A stretch of DNA of 64,000 nt from the NCBI GenBank assembly GCA_036376245.1, contig DASVAS010000028.1, positions 29,339-93,338 of the forward strand. Reading direction: 5' to 3'. This document shows, one piece after another, positions 30,140 through 41,634 of this stretch. A program made the translations under genes and the position numbers. Below the pieces are notes generated by a model. That model was not told the DNA's origin and made no database searches. It was given only the letters and a program-made list of their open reading frames with translations. Within the stretch, counting starts at the first letter, position 1. Each line of letters starts with the position of its first letter. Origin of the DNA: Thermoanaerobaculia bacterium (GTDB taxonomy: Bacteria > Acidobacteriota > Thermoanaerobaculia > Multivoradales > UBA5704).

Positions 30140-31984
30140 ATGTACTGTCAGGTCTGTGGCGCCCCCAACCGGGACGACCACGAATTCTGCGTCCGCTGCC
30201 ACCAGAAGCTGCTGGTGCTGTCGGGCCCGATGCGCGAGGACGAGGACTCCTACGAAGAGACCGCCGAGGAGAGCTTCTCCTTCGACGAGCACCTCCTGGA
30301 GCGGATCTCCATCCTGGAAGAGGCGGTCAAGCGCACCGCCGAGACCGTCCGCCAGCTCCTCTCCGCCCTGCACAAGCAGGAGAAGAACATCCTGATCAAT
30401 CAGACCGGCCTCTCCGCCATGCGGGAGCTGCTGGAGCAGAAGAAGCTCATCGGCTGGGACGAGTGGAGCGAGCTGTGGGAGTCCAAGATGGACTACCAGC
30501 TCCTGGCGCTGGAGAAGCGCGAGCGGTTCCTGGCCATCAAGGAGCGCATCGCGGGCCTCTACCACGGCGACAAGCGGAAGCTCTTCCTCCAGCACCTGGA
30601 GGACGCCGAGTACGCCCTCTTCGCCTTCGACATCGAGCGGGCGGTGGCGGCCCTGGAAGCGGCCTACAAGCTCGACCGCGGCAACTACGAGCTCGCCTAC
30701 TTCCTGGGCGAGACCCACTTCAACGAGGCCGACACCGAGTCCGCGCTGACCTACTTCTCGCGCGTCCTGGAGGTCAAGCCCGACCACTACGAGGGGCTGG
30801 TCTACAGCGGCGTCATCCACTACGAGCGGGGGGATCACACGCGCGCCGAGGATTTCCTCAAGCGCGCGGTCGCCATCTACCCGGACAGCTTCCTGCCCCA
30901 CTTCAGCCTCGGCGCGGTCTACGCCGGCAAGGGCAACCTCGCCAAGGCCGTCTTCTACCTGGAGCGGGCGGTGCAGGTCGACCCCGTGCCGCAGGCCCTG
31001 TTCCTGCTCGGCAGCTGCTTCTATGAGATGGGCAAGCTCTCCTCGGCCGTGGACTACCTCCAGGAGGCCGTGCGGCACGACCCCGGCTTCGAGGAGGCCC
31101 ACCACCTGCTGGGGCTCGCCTACCTCGACCGCCACTGGACCCGCAAGGCCCTGGACTCCTTCCGCCAGGCCCAGCGGCTGAACCCCAAGCGCCTCCAGTA
31201 CCAGGACCTCGTGCGCTACCTCTCCGGCCACGCCGGCTCGCCGCTGCCCGAGGTGGACGGCGAGGCCGGCGTCTGGTTCAGGAAGGGGGAGGAGGCGCGC
31301 GCCCGCGACAACTTCAAGCAGGCCCACTCCTGCTACCGCCGCGCCCTCGCCCTGGACCCGGAGAACCCGACCCTGCTGATGTCCTACGCCCTCCTGTGCC
31401 TGCACATGAACCGCAACCAGGAGATCGAGGCGGTGACGCGCAAGGTGCTGGACCTCAACCCGGGCGAGACCCTCAAGGCCACGGCCTACGCCGCCCTGAT
31501 CGAGGCGCTGCGCAGCCAGGGCAAGTTCCGCGAGGGCAACCGCATCGGCGAACTGCTGCTCGACGAAGGCAGCTCCAACTTCACCAAGTCCATCGCCTAC
31601 TACGAGATGGCGTACAACCTGGCGGAGATGGAGGAGAGCCTCGACGAGGCCCTGGAGTACGCCCGCCGCTCCGTCGAGCTGGCGCCGGACGAGATCAAGC
31701 AGTTCCCCCTCGCCGCCCTGGGCTGGGTGCACTACAAGCGCAAGGAGTTCGACAAGGCGATCGACTTCCTCTCGCGGTCCAGCGAGCTGGGGCCGTCGTC
31801 CACCACCCTGACCCACCTTGGCATGGCCCTGCTGGCCCACGGCGAGGAGGACCAGGCGCGGACGGTGCTCGCCCACGCCCGCACCATGGGCGAGCGCGGC
31901 GAGGCGCTGCAGGAAAAGATGATGGAATGCATGAAGGATTCGACGCGTCTGATCGAACGGGCGCGCCGGGCCCCACGAAAATAG
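30140..31984 (+). CDS. TPR-repeat protein with an N-terminal zinc-ribbon (C-x2-C ... C-x2-H).
   Basis: MYCQVCGAPNRDDHEFCVRCHQKL at the N-terminus, followed by multiple TPR units (AYFLGETHFNEADTESALTYFSRVLEVKPD...). Confidence 0.7.
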   Translation: MYCQVCGAPNRDDHEFCVRCHQKLLVLSGPMREDEDSYEETAEESFSFDEHLLERISILEEAVKRTAETVRQLLSALHKQEKNILINQTGLSAMRELLEQKKLIGWDEWSELWESKMDYQLLALEKRERFLAIKERIAGLYHGDKRKLFLQHLEDAEYALFAFDIERAVAALEAAYKLDRGNYELAYFLGETHFNEADTESALTYFSRVLEVKPDHYEGLVYSGVIHYERGDHTRAEDFLKRAVAIYPDSFLPHFSLGAVYAGKGNLAKAVFYLERAVQVDPVPQALFLLGSCFYEMGKLSSAVDYLQEAVRHDPGFEEAHHLLGLAYLDRHWTRKALDSFRQAQRLNPKRLQYQDLVRYLSGHAGSPLPEVDGEAGVWFRKGEEARARDNFKQAHSCYRRALALDPENPTLLMSYALLCLHMNRNQEIEAVTRKVLDLNPGETLKATAYAALIEALRSQGKFREGNRIGELLLDEGSSNFTKSIAYYEMAYNLAEMEESLDEALEYARRSVELAPDEIKQFPLAALGWVHYKRKEFDKAIDFLSRSSELGPSSTTLTHLGMALLAHGEEDQARTVLAHARTMGERGEALQEKMMECMKDSTRLIERARRAPRK

Positions 31985-32002
31985 CGACAGAACGGAGACC
32001 CG

Positions 32003-33709
<1,707 letters not shown>

Positions 33710-33797
33710 GAAGGACACCAGGGACACCAGGGACCTCAGGGACAAAAGAGCTCCGTCCTTGAGGTCCTTGGTGTCTTTGGTGTCCTTGAGGTCCTTC
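33710..33797. repeat. Second copy of the palindromic tandem 9-mer element (GGACACCAG / GGACCTCAG units), a terminator-like hairpin after proS.
   Basis: Left arm GAAGGACACCAGGGACACCAGGGACCTCAGGGAC, loop AAAAGAGCTCC, right arm GTCCTTGAGGTCCTTGGTGTCTTTGGTGTCCTTGAGGTCCTTC. The arm mismatches are G:T, so they form G-U pairs only in the plus-strand transcript. It starts 1 nt after the proS stop. Confidence 0.6.
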
Positions 33798-33852
33798 TCT
33801 CTTAGACGACTGTGCTATTGTAGTCGTACACCACTTTCAGTGGACGACTACA

Positions 33853-34278
33853 ATGCCAAGCCTCCTGCGTATCGATCCCCGGGACGCCCGTCCGATCTGG
33901 CGGCAGATCGAGGAGGGGATGCAGCACCTGATCGCCCGCGGCGCCCTGCCGGCGGGCGCGCTCGTTCCCTCGGTGCGGGACCTCGCCCGCGAGCTGCAGA
34001 TCAATCCCGCCACGGTCTCCAAGGCCTACCAGCGCCTCACCGACGCCGGCGTCCTCTCCGTCCGCCGGGGGGAGGGGACGTTCGTGGCGGCGGCGCCGCC
34101 GCCCGCGTCCGACACCCGCCGCGCGGGCCGGCTGCGGGAAGAGGCGGTGCGCTACGCCAGCCTCGCCAAGACCCTGGGCGCCAGCCAGGAAGAAGCCGTC
34201 GCGACGCTCGAAGAAGCCTGGGACAGCCTGGAAGAAGAAGAGGATGAGTCATGGACCCGATCGTCCTTGAGGGCCTGA
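33853..34278 (+). CDS. GntR-family transcriptional regulator, short YtrA-like subtype.
   Basis: Winged helix-turn-helix (LPSVRDLARELQINPATVSKAYQRLTDAGVLSVRRGEGTFVA). It is a short 141-aa protein with an acidic tail, immediately upstream of an ABC ATPase. Confidence 0.8.
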   Translation: MPSLLRIDPRDARPIWRQIEEGMQHLIARGALPAGALVPSVRDLARELQINPATVSKAYQRLTDAGVLSVRRGEGTFVAAAPPPASDTRRAGRLREEAVRYASLAKTLGASQEEAVATLEEAWDSLEEEEDESWTRSSLRA

Positions 34279-35015
34279 CCGTCCGCTATGGCGAGCGGGC
34301 GGCTCTGGACGACGTCTCGCTGACCGTTCCGGAAGGGTCCGTCTGCGCGCTGCTGGGCCGCAACGGCGCCGGCAAGTCGTCCCTGGTCCGCTGCCTGCTG
34401 GGCCAGCAGAAGCCCACGTCGGGCCGCGCCCTGCTCTTCGGCCGCGACGCCTGGGACCGCCGCGCCGAGGTCCTGCACGAGGTCGGAGTCGTCCCCGAGG
34501 AGCCCGACGCGCCCCGGTCGATGACCGCGCGCCAGCTCTCCCGCTTCTGCGCCCGCCTCTACAGATCGTGGGACGGCAAGGGCCTGGAGGAGCGGCTGCG
34601 GCGGTTCGGCGTCTCCTCCAGCACCCCCTTCGGCCGGCTCTCCAAGGGGCAGAAGGCGCAGGTGGCCCTGGCCCTGGCGCTCGCCAGCTCGCCGCGCCTG
34701 CTGGTGCTGGACGATCCCACCCTGGGCCTCGACGCCGTGGCCCGCAAGGACCTCTTCGAGGAGCTGATCGGCGAGCTGGCCGACCGCGGCATCACCGTGC
34801 TCATCACCACCCACGACCTGGCGGGCGCCGAGCGCATCGCCGACCGGGTCGGCATCCTCCGCCGCGGCCGGCTGGTCCTCGACGAGGAGATGGAATCGCT
34901 CCGGAAACGGTTCCGGACGATGAGCTTCGCGGCCGTCGGAGGCGGCGAATCCAGGGTTTCCACCCTGACCCTGGAGGAGATCTTCATCGCCGCCACGGAC
35001 GAAGGGAAAGGCTGA
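34251..35015 (+). CDS. ABC transporter ATP-binding protein.
   Basis: Walker A GRNGAGKSS, signature LSKGQKAQVALA, Walker B LLVLDDPT. It overlaps the regulator and the permease. Confidence 0.85.
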   Translation: MDPIVLEGLTVRYGERAALDDVSLTVPEGSVCALLGRNGAGKSSLVRCLLGQQKPTSGRALLFGRDAWDRRAEVLHEVGVVPEEPDAPRSMTARQLSRFCARLYRSWDGKGLEERLRRFGVSSSTPFGRLSKGQKAQVALALALASSPRLLVLDDPTLGLDAVARKDLFEELIGELADRGITVLITTHDLAGAERIADRVGILRRGRLVLDEEMESLRKRFRTMSFAAVGGGESRVSTLTLEEIFIAATDEGKG

Positions 35016-36916
35016 TGCGAGGGTTCGCCGCGGTCTTCGGGCGCGAGGTGTCCGAGTGGTGGAAGTCCCTGGCTGTCGCGTCCCTGGCCCTCGGTGTGCT
35101 GGCGGCGGCGCTTCCCGCGTTCATGGATCGCCCGGAATTCCCCGTGGCGGAGCTGCGGAGCGCGATGTCGCTCCTGTTCGCGTTCCTGCTGAGCGCCGCG
35201 CTCGCGCTGCTCCTCGGCGGCACGGTCGTCTCCTCGGATCTGTCGGAGAAGCGGCTCGGCTTCTACTTCGCCCGCCCGCTTCCGGGTTGGGCGCTGTGGG
35301 CCGGCAAGATGACCGCGGCGGCGGCGCTGGCCTGTGGCGGCGGCTTTCTGGTCCTCGTCCCCTCTCTGCTCCTGGGGAGCGGCCCCGGGCTGCGCGGCGA
35401 CCTGGAGACGGTGTTCCCGGTGAGGATGGGCGACCTGGGATGGGTGCCGCTCCTGGGGATCGGCGTGCTCTATCTGCTCCTCGCCGCGCACGCCGTCAGC
35501 GTGATCCTCCGTGCCCGCTCGCCGTGGATCGGCCTCGACATCGCGGCTCTGGGATGCATCGCGGCCCTGTTCGTCATGGCGCGGGAGCGGCTGATCCTCG
35601 CCGGTCTGACGGGAGCCTCCCCGGTGCTGGCGACGGATTTCGGCCTGCTGCTGCTGGTTCTGCCGATCCTCTTCACGGCGGGCGCCGTCCAGGTCCTCCA
35701 CGGCCGGACCGACATCCGCCGGGGCCACCGTTTCCTCTCGGGCACGCTCTGGGGACTGCTCCTCGTCCTCATGCTGGTGTTCGAGGTCTCTTCCCGGTGG
35801 ATCGTCAACGCATCCCCGGGAGACCTGGTCGCCACCTTCCATGTGAGCGCCCCCCGCGAGGGCTCATGGATCGCTCTCAGCGGTCCGGCCCGGGGGCGGC
35901 TGGGTTACCAGCCGTCCTTTCTCTACGACGTATCCACGGGACGCTTCACCCGCCCGCGATTCGGGTTGAGCTACTACCAGGGTCCGACGCTGCCGGTCGC
36001 GTTCTCCGCGGACGGCAGGCGGGCGGTCTGGATGGAATTCCAGGACCGTCCGTTCCGGTCGCCTCTGGTCGTCCGCTATCAGGACCTCGACCGGCCGGAC
36101 GGCGAGCCGGTCCGCACGAACATCCTCTTCGAAAGCCCCCTGCCCGAGATCCTGGCCGTGTCGCCGGACGGCGCCCGCTTCGCCACGATCCACAAGCGGC
36201 GGATCCTGGTGACCGAGGTCGAGACGGGCCGGCTCCTGGCCTCGGTCCCCGAGCCTCTCGACATCCCGTTCTCCCGCCTGTTCTTCGTGGGCCCGGACCG
36301 CGTCCGGCTCTACGTCTCCACCGGCGTCCAGGACATGAATTCCGTGGTTTCGGAGCTGCGGGTGTTCGAGGTGAACGTCCCCGCCGCCACGGTGGAACCG
36401 ACCGGCCTCGTCTCGAGCCTCCCGGGCTACCGGGGCTGGAGCCTCAGCCCGGCGGGAGACCGGGCCATCCTCAGGAGCCGCAAGGAGCTGCGGCTGCACG
36501 ACGCCCGGACGGGCGAGCTGCTGGCCAGCCTGAATGGCGGCGGCCGGAGCTTCGCCTCGTTCCTGAGGGACGGCCGGGTGGCGGCGAGCCGCCCGACCCC
36601 GGAAGGCATGGAGCTGCGCATCCTCGCTTCCGATGGCCGGACCGAGCTGCAACGGTTCCGCTTCCCCGGGAGCCGGCGGCTGGCCATCGCGAATCAGCCC
36701 GCGGCGGACCGGCTGCGGATCGTCACCGCCTCGACCCTCGACAAGCCCAGGGATTGGGAGATCCGGCTCCTCGATCTCAGGACCGGCGGGGTCCGTTCGG
36801 TGGGCCGCCGCGCCATGACCGTGCTGGACATCCAGGGAACCATCGAGGACAGGGGAGGCGTCGTCTGGTTCGACTGGGAAGCCGGTCAGGAGCGGGCGAT
36901 TCTCGAGGATCTGTAG
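35015..36916 (+). CDS. ABC-2-type permease-like transmembrane domain fused to a C-terminal WD40/TolB-like beta-propeller domain (633 aa).
   Basis: The ATG at 35015 overlaps the ATPase stop. The N-terminal roughly 260 aa have six hydrophobic helices. The C-terminal half has repeated blade-like motifs (VAFSADGRRAVWME; LAVSPDGARFATIH; SLSPAGDRAILRS). Confidence 0.6.
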   Translation: MRGFAAVFGREVSEWWKSLAVASLALGVLAAALPAFMDRPEFPVAELRSAMSLLFAFLLSAALALLLGGTVVSSDLSEKRLGFYFARPLPGWALWAGKMTAAAALACGGGFLVLVPSLLLGSGPGLRGDLETVFPVRMGDLGWVPLLGIGVLYLLLAAHAVSVILRARSPWIGLDIAALGCIAALFVMARERLILAGLTGASPVLATDFGLLLLVLPILFTAGAVQVLHGRTDIRRGHRFLSGTLWGLLLVLMLVFEVSSRWIVNASPGDLVATFHVSAPREGSWIALSGPARGRLGYQPSFLYDVSTGRFTRPRFGLSYYQGPTLPVAFSADGRRAVWMEFQDRPFRSPLVVRYQDLDRPDGEPVRTNILFESPLPEILAVSPDGARFATIHKRRILVTEVETGRLLASVPEPLDIPFSRLFFVGPDRVRLYVSTGVQDMNSVVSELRVFEVNVPAATVEPTGLVSSLPGYRGWSLSPAGDRAILRSRKELRLHDARTGELLASLNGGGRSFASFLRDGRVAASRPTPEGMELRILASDGRTELQRFRFPGSRRLAIANQPAADRLRIVTASTLDKPRDWEIRLLDLRTGGVRSVGRRAMTVLDIQGTIEDRGGVVWFDWEAGQERAILEDL

Positions 36917-36983
36917 CCTCGCCGATCATTGGTACGCGCCGCCGATCAGAACCCATCCGCGCGTCTTCCGCTAAACCCTACAA

Positions 36984-37058
36984 GCCGCTGCTTTTCTGGA
37001 CAACTCTCCTGTTGTCCAAGAATATCTCGTCGTAACTCTTGACAAGACAGCCTTGTCC
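36984..37058 (+). promoter_or_regulatory. Sigma70-like promoter (TTGACA-15-TATATT) overlapped by inverted and direct TGGACAA / TTGTCCA operator-like repeats, upstream of the fasciclin gene.
   Basis: TTCTGGACAAC..GTTGTCCAAGAA forms an inverted repeat. TTGACAAG..CTTGTCCA overlaps the -35 hexamer. A further GTCCA follows the -10 hexamer. The segment is locally AT-rich. Confidence 0.4.
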
Positions 37059-37123
37059 ATATATTGTCCACATCGAAGGGCAGCAAGGATACGAACGAGC
37101 TCAACCAAGAGGAAACGACGATC

Positions 37124-37624
37124 ATGCGGAAGTCCCACCTTTTTTTCTCTCTCGTAATACTGGTCTGCGTCCTGGCCTTCAGCTTCCAGGCTTCGGCCGG
37201 GGACATGAAGAAGATGGACAAGTCGGCTGACATCGTGGACACGGCTGTGGCCGCCGGCGACTTCAAGACCCTGGCCAAGGCCCTCCAGGCCGCCGGCCTG
37301 GTCGACACTCTGAAGGGTCCCGGCCCGTTCACCGTCTTCGCTCCCACCGACGCGGCGTTCGCCAAGCTGCCGGCCGGCACCCTGGACGCTCTCCTGAAGG
37401 ACAAGGCGAAGCTCGCCAAGGTGCTGACCTACCACGTGGTCCCGGGCAAGGTCACGGCGGCTGACGTGGTCAAGCTGACCTCGGCCAAGACGGTCGAGGG
37501 CCAGAGCGTGGCGATCGACGCCAGCAACGGCGTCAAGGTCGGCAACGCCAAGGTGGTCAAGGCGGACGTGATGGCGAGCAACGGTGTGATCCACGTGATC
37601 GACACCGTCCTGATTCCGAACTGA
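37124..37624 (+). CDS. Secreted fasciclin (FAS1) domain protein.
   Basis: Signal peptide ([19 protein letters not shown]). FAS1 motifs [15 protein letters not shown] and [13 protein letters not shown]. Coding GC is lower than its surroundings. The ATG at 37124 is preceded by a GAGGAAA ribosome-binding site. Confidence 0.8.
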   Translation: MRKSHLFFSLVILVCVLAFSFQASAGDMKKMDKSADIVDTAVAAGDFKTLAKALQAAGLVDTLKGPGPFTVFAPTDAAFAKLPAGTLDALLKDKAKLAKVLTYHVVPGKVTAADVVKLTSAKTVEGQSVAIDASNGVKVGNAKVVKADVMASNGVIHVIDTVLIPN

Positions 37625-37631
37625 GTCGGAT

Positions 37632-37680
37632 TTCGGGTCCGGGCGCGGAGGGTGTGTGTGGGGGGGCGCCCGGACCCGAA
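37632..37680 (+). terminator. Strong perfect 15-bp hairpin (TTCGGGTCCGGGCGC / GCGCCCGGACCCGAA) around a G/T-rich loop. It has no U-tract and may act as an RNA stability element or weak terminator.
   Basis: Perfect inverted repeat 8 nt after the fasciclin stop. Confidence 0.35.
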
Positions 37681-37731
37681 GATCATAGGTAATGGACTCC
37701 GTGCTCCTTCCGAGCCGAGGCGTTCGGACAC

Positions 37732-37774
37732 GGGGGGCCGGCCGATTCCCCCGGCCCGGCCTCCCTCTTTTTTG
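37732..37774 (+). terminator. Intrinsic terminator-like GC hairpin followed by CTCTTTTTTG, immediately before the next gene's ribosome-binding site.
   Basis: GGGGCCGG..CCGGCCCG stem, then TCCCTCTTTTTTG, ending 12 nt before the ATG at 37786. Confidence 0.5.
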
Positions 37775-37785
37775 ACGGGAGCGTC

Positions 37786-38274
37786 ATGAACGAGATCTTC
37801 GAGCACCGCACATGGCTCCCGGCGCCAGCTGGAGAGGTGTTCCGCTGGCACGCCGAGCCGGGCACGCTCCAGCGCCTGACACCGCCCTGGGAGCGGGCCG
37901 AGGTGGTGCGGGAAGGGCGGATCGAGAAAGGGACCGAGGTCGTCCTCCGCGTCGGAATCGGGCCGCTCTCCCTGCCCTGGATAGCCCGCATCGTGGAATG
38001 CGTTCCCGGACGGAGCTTCCGCGATGTCCAGGTACGCGGTCCGTTCGCCCGTTGGGAGCATGAGCACCGGATGGAGCCGGACGGCGACGTCGCCTGCTGG
38101 CTCGTGGACAGGATCACCTACAGGCTGCCGTTCGGCGCGCTGGGCCGCTGGCTCGGAGGCCGGTTCGTCCGGGCGAAGCTGAAACGCATGTTCGACTACC
38201 GTCATCGCATGACCGAGGAGGCTTTCGCAGGCTGGAGGGCCGCCCGCAGGCTCGCGGTGGCGGGAGTCCTCTGA
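37786..38274 (+). CDS. SRPBCC-superfamily protein (polyketide cyclase/dehydrase-like, CoxG/START fold).
   Basis: A 162-aa protein with the pattern WLPAPAGEVFRWHAEPGTLQRLTPPW ... typical of SRPBCC ligand-binding proteins. GGGAG ribosome-binding site. Confidence 0.65.
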   Translation: MNEIFEHRTWLPAPAGEVFRWHAEPGTLQRLTPPWERAEVVREGRIEKGTEVVLRVGIGPLSLPWIARIVECVPGRSFRDVQVRGPFARWEHEHRMEPDGDVACWLVDRITYRLPFGALGRWLGGRFVRAKLKRMFDYRHRMTEEAFAGWRAARRLAVAGVL

Positions 38275-38571
38275 GGGGGGACGACCCCGAGGGATGAGGT
38301 GTAGCTCTGGGGACCGGCACCCGGAGGGGCGGCGGTGAAAGGGCGGCGGGGGGTGCGAGAGTGGGTGAGGGGTGAGAGAATGAACCGTGGGCGGGTGAGT
38401 GATCGTTGCCCTGCAACGATCTCCGGGTGCCGGCGTTTTTAGAGGTAGGACCCCGGCCGGCTGAGGGGGCTGGCCGGGAATCCGCGTTAGGAGGTTTGTG
38501 GAGGTTTATAGGGGGAACCAGACGACCACCAGCCGGGACTCATCCGTAGAAGGAATTGTAAGGAGACACCC

Positions 38572-38832
38572 ATGACCCACCGAACCACGGAACGACCCCC
38601 CACCCGCCACCTGGGGTATGGCTCCCTCCACCGGAGGAAGACCGTGGACTTCGTCGTGGAGTATCTGCGGACGGAGAACCGGGAGCCCGACCTGCGGCCG
38701 GACGCCGAGCTGCACGGCACGCGGCAGCGTCTCCGGCGTCAACCCTGGCGTCAACCCCTCCGCCCTGGCGTCCATGAGGTCTCCACCCTGGAGCTGATCC
38801 GCCGCTACGAGGCCAAGCTCAAGGGGCACTGA
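38572..38832 (+). CDS. Small hypothetical protein (86 aa, basic).
   Basis: Strong AAGGAG ribosome-binding site 7 nt upstream of the ATG. It follows a 300-nt G-rich untranslated region. No recognisable domain. Confidence 0.35.
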   Translation: MTHRTTERPPTRHLGYGSLHRRKTVDFVVEYLRTENREPDLRPDAELHGTRQRLRRQPWRQPLRPGVHEVSTLELIRRYEAKLKGH

Positions 38833-38863
38833 GACCGCTCGGAGTCATCCTCCTGGCCGGGCT

Positions 38864-39532
38864 GTGTCAAGATCCCCGGCCATGGACGCCGCCCCCTTTC
38901 CCGTTATTCATGAGCTGGATGGCTGGGACCTCTTCTGGGCCCGCCTGGAAGGGCTTCCTGGCGGCGAGGAGCGGATCGCCGGTATGCGGCGGTCCACCGT
39001 CGAGCGGGTCCGGTCCGTCTTCGATCCGGAGGCCCTGTCGTCGCATCCCACCGTAGCCGCCCTGCGGGGGCTGTTCCGGGCCGCCGGCTGCGATCCCACG
39101 CGCTACCGTCCGTCCTCGGAGGCGCTCCTGCGGCGGGTCCTCAAGGGGGACGACCTGCCGGCGATCCATCCCCTGGTGGACCTCAACAACTGCCTCTCGA
39201 TCCTGCTGGCCGTGCCCTGCTGCGTGATGGGGGAGGGGACGTTCACGCCGCCCGTGACGCTGCGGGCGGGGCGGCCCGGCGAGAGCTACGACTCGCTGCG
39301 CGGTCCCTTCAATCTCGAAGGGAAGCCGTTGATGGAGGACGCCGAGGGTCCGTTCGGGACGCCGATCACCGACAGTCACCGGGTCAAGGTGAAGGAGGGC
39401 ACCGCCGGCGCCTGGATCGTGGCCTACCTGCCGCGCGGCGTGGTGACCCCGGAAGCCGCCAGCGAGGCCCTGGACGCGCTCCTGGCCGGATCGGCGGTAG
39501 CACGGGTGTTGCAGTCAGGGTTTTCGCGATGA
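38864..39532 (+). CDS. B3/B4 tRNA-binding domain protein (paralog of the phenylalanyl-tRNA synthetase beta-subunit B3/4 domain).
   Basis: [26 protein letters not shown] matches the B3_4 domain core. Stand-alone 222-aa protein. Confidence 0.55.
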   Translation: MSRSPAMDAAPFPVIHELDGWDLFWARLEGLPGGEERIAGMRRSTVERVRSVFDPEALSSHPTVAALRGLFRAAGCDPTRYRPSSEALLRRVLKGDDLPAIHPLVDLNNCLSILLAVPCCVMGEGTFTPPVTLRAGRPGESYDSLRGPFNLEGKPLMEDAEGPFGTPITDSHRVKVKEGTAGAWIVAYLPRGVVTPEAASEALDALLAGSAVARVLQSGFSR

Positions 39533-40137
39533 CCGTCACGCACCTGTTCACCGACCTGGGCGGAGTCCTGCTGACCAACGGCTGGGACCGCGGCCTGCGC
39601 AAGCTGGTGGCCGCCCGTTTCGGGATCGATCAGGCCGAGATGGACGAGCGCCATCACCTCACCTACGACACCTACGAGGCCGGCAAGATGCCCCTGGCGG
39701 AATACCTCCGGCGGGTGATCTTCTGGGAGCCCCGGAGCTTCACGCCGGACGAGGTGGTGGACTTCATGCTCTCCCAGGCGCGCTGCTTCCCCGAGATGAT
39801 CGAGCTGGTGAAGGGGCTCAAGGAGAAGTACCGCCTCAGGGTCGTGGTGGTGAGCAACGAAGGTCGGGAGCTGACGGCGGACCGCATCCGCCGGTTCCAC
39901 CTCAAGGAATTCGTGGACTTCTTCATCGTCTCGAGCTACGTCCACTTTCGCAAACCGGACGAGGACATCTTCCGCGTCGCCCTGGACGTCGCCCAGGCGG
40001 AGCGCGGCGAGGTGATCTACCTGGACGACCGCCAGATGTTCACCGAGGTAGCCGGCCGGATGGGGATGCGGTGTATCTGGCACCGGGATTACGCCACGAC
40101 GCGGGACGCGCTGGCGGAGATGGGGTTGGTGCTCTGA
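39529..40137 (+). CDS. HAD-superfamily hydrolase.
   Basis: Motif [14 protein letters not shown] (DxG), motif [10 protein letters not shown], and the C-terminal [21 protein letters not shown] (motif IV DD). Confidence 0.7.
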   Translation: MTVTHLFTDLGGVLLTNGWDRGLRKLVAARFGIDQAEMDERHHLTYDTYEAGKMPLAEYLRRVIFWEPRSFTPDEVVDFMLSQARCFPEMIELVKGLKEKYRLRVVVVSNEGRELTADRIRRFHLKEFVDFFIVSSYVHFRKPDEDIFRVALDVAQAERGEVIYLDDRQMFTEVAGRMGMRCIWHRDYATTRDALAEMGLVL

Positions 40138-41621
40138 TGACGGCCTTCGTGATCTTCGGCGGCGGCGGCGACCTGACCTGGCGCAAGCTGGTCCCGGCTC
40201 TCTACAACCTCTGGCTCGACAAGGCCCTCGCCGAGCCGTTCCGCATCTTCGCGCTCGACCTCAAGGACATCTCCCAGGACGCCTTCCTACAGCATCTCCG
40301 GGAGGGGATCGACAAGTTCAGCCGTCGGGGCAAGGCCGACGAGGAGGCGTGGGGGAAGTTCGCCGCGCACATCGTCTATCGCCGGGCGGACTTCTCCGAG
40401 CCCGGAGCTTTCCAGCGGCTGGGCGAGGACCTCGCCGGCTTCGAGAAGGAGCTGGGCAAGCTGGCGGTGCGCGTCTTCTACCTGGCGGTCCCGCCCGCGG
40501 TGATGCGTCTGATCGCCGGCGGGCTCCATGATTCGGGCCTGGCCTCGGACGCCGAGCGGGCGCGGCTGGTCTTCGAGAAGCCCTTCGGGCACGACCTCCA
40601 GAGCGCCAGGGAGCTCAACGCCTTCCTGGCCGGGCTGTTCCAGGAGTCCCAGATCTACCGGATCGACCACTACCTGGGCAAGGAGCCGGTGCAGAACATC
40701 CTGGCCTTCCGCTTCGCCAACTCCGTCCACGAGCCGCTCTGGAACCGGCGCTACATCGATTCGGTGCAGATCACCGTGGCCGAGAGCGAGGGGGTGGGCA
40801 CCCGGGGCGGCTACTACGAGGGCGCCGGGGCCCTGCGGGACATGGTGCAGAACCACCTGATGCAGGTGCTCTGCCTCGTGGCCATGGAGCCGCCCGTCTC
40901 CTTCGAGGCGGACGAGCTGCGGAACAAGAAGATGGACGTGCTGCGGGCCATCCGCCGGATGAAGGTGGAGGAGGTCCACCAATTCGTGGAGCGCGGCCAG
41001 TACGTCGCCGGGCTCGTCCATGGCGAGAAGGAGCCGGGCTACCGCGAGGAGGCGGGGGTCGATCCCCAGTCCACCACCGAGACCTTCGTGGCCCTCAAGC
41101 TGTTCCTGGACAACTGGCGCTGGCAGGACGTCCCCTTCTACCTGCGCACGGGCAAGCGGCTGCCGGTGCGGGCCTCGGAGGTCTGCATCCAGTTCCGGCC
41201 GGTGCCCCACCAGGCCTTTCCGAAGTCGGCCATCGGCGAGATGGAGCCCAACCGCCTGCTCCTGGGCATCCAGCCGCACGAGGGGATCGTGATGCGCTTC
41301 CAGGCCAAACGCCCCGGAGCGAACATGCGCCTCGCCACCGTGGAGACGCGCTTCAGCTACGAGGAGGCGTTCCGTGTCCCGGAGCCCGAGGCGTACGAGA
41401 CCCTGCTCCTCGACGTGGTCGAAGGGGATCCCGCCCAGTTCATGCGCTGGGATCAGGTGGAGGAGGCGTGGGAGGTCGTGATGCCGATCCTCGAATACTG
41501 GGCGGAGCAGGGGCCGTCGGATCTGGGGACCTATCCCGCCGGCACCTGGGGGCCGGAGCAGGCGCACTTCCTGGCGGCCCGGGACGGGCGGGTGTGGGTG
41601 GAGCCGGGGGTTGCGCGGTAG
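40137..41621 (+). CDS. zwf: Glucose-6-phosphate 1-dehydrogenase.
   Basis: ATG at 40137 overlaps the HAD stop. The product has [20 protein letters not shown], the substrate-binding motif DHYLGKE, and [20 protein letters not shown]. Confidence 0.9.
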   Translation: MTAFVIFGGGGDLTWRKLVPALYNLWLDKALAEPFRIFALDLKDISQDAFLQHLREGIDKFSRRGKADEEAWGKFAAHIVYRRADFSEPGAFQRLGEDLAGFEKELGKLAVRVFYLAVPPAVMRLIAGGLHDSGLASDAERARLVFEKPFGHDLQSARELNAFLAGLFQESQIYRIDHYLGKEPVQNILAFRFANSVHEPLWNRRYIDSVQITVAESEGVGTRGGYYEGAGALRDMVQNHLMQVLCLVAMEPPVSFEADELRNKKMDVLRAIRRMKVEEVHQFVERGQYVAGLVHGEKEPGYREEAGVDPQSTTETFVALKLFLDNWRWQDVPFYLRTGKRLPVRASEVCIQFRPVPHQAFPKSAIGEMEPNRLLLGIQPHEGIVMRFQAKRPGANMRLATVETRFSYEEAFRVPEPEAYETLLLDVVEGDPAQFMRWDQVEEAWEVVMPILEYWAEQGPSDLGTYPAGTWGPEQAHFLAARDGRVWVEPGVAR

Positions 41622-41634
41622 TCGCCGGGCCTGT

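Noticed and set aside
38114-38416. A 100-aa proline-rich minus-strand ORF in the G-rich intergenic region.
   Set aside because: It is the complement of a G-rich non-coding stretch and has no ribosome-binding site. The composition is a side effect of the poly-G runs.
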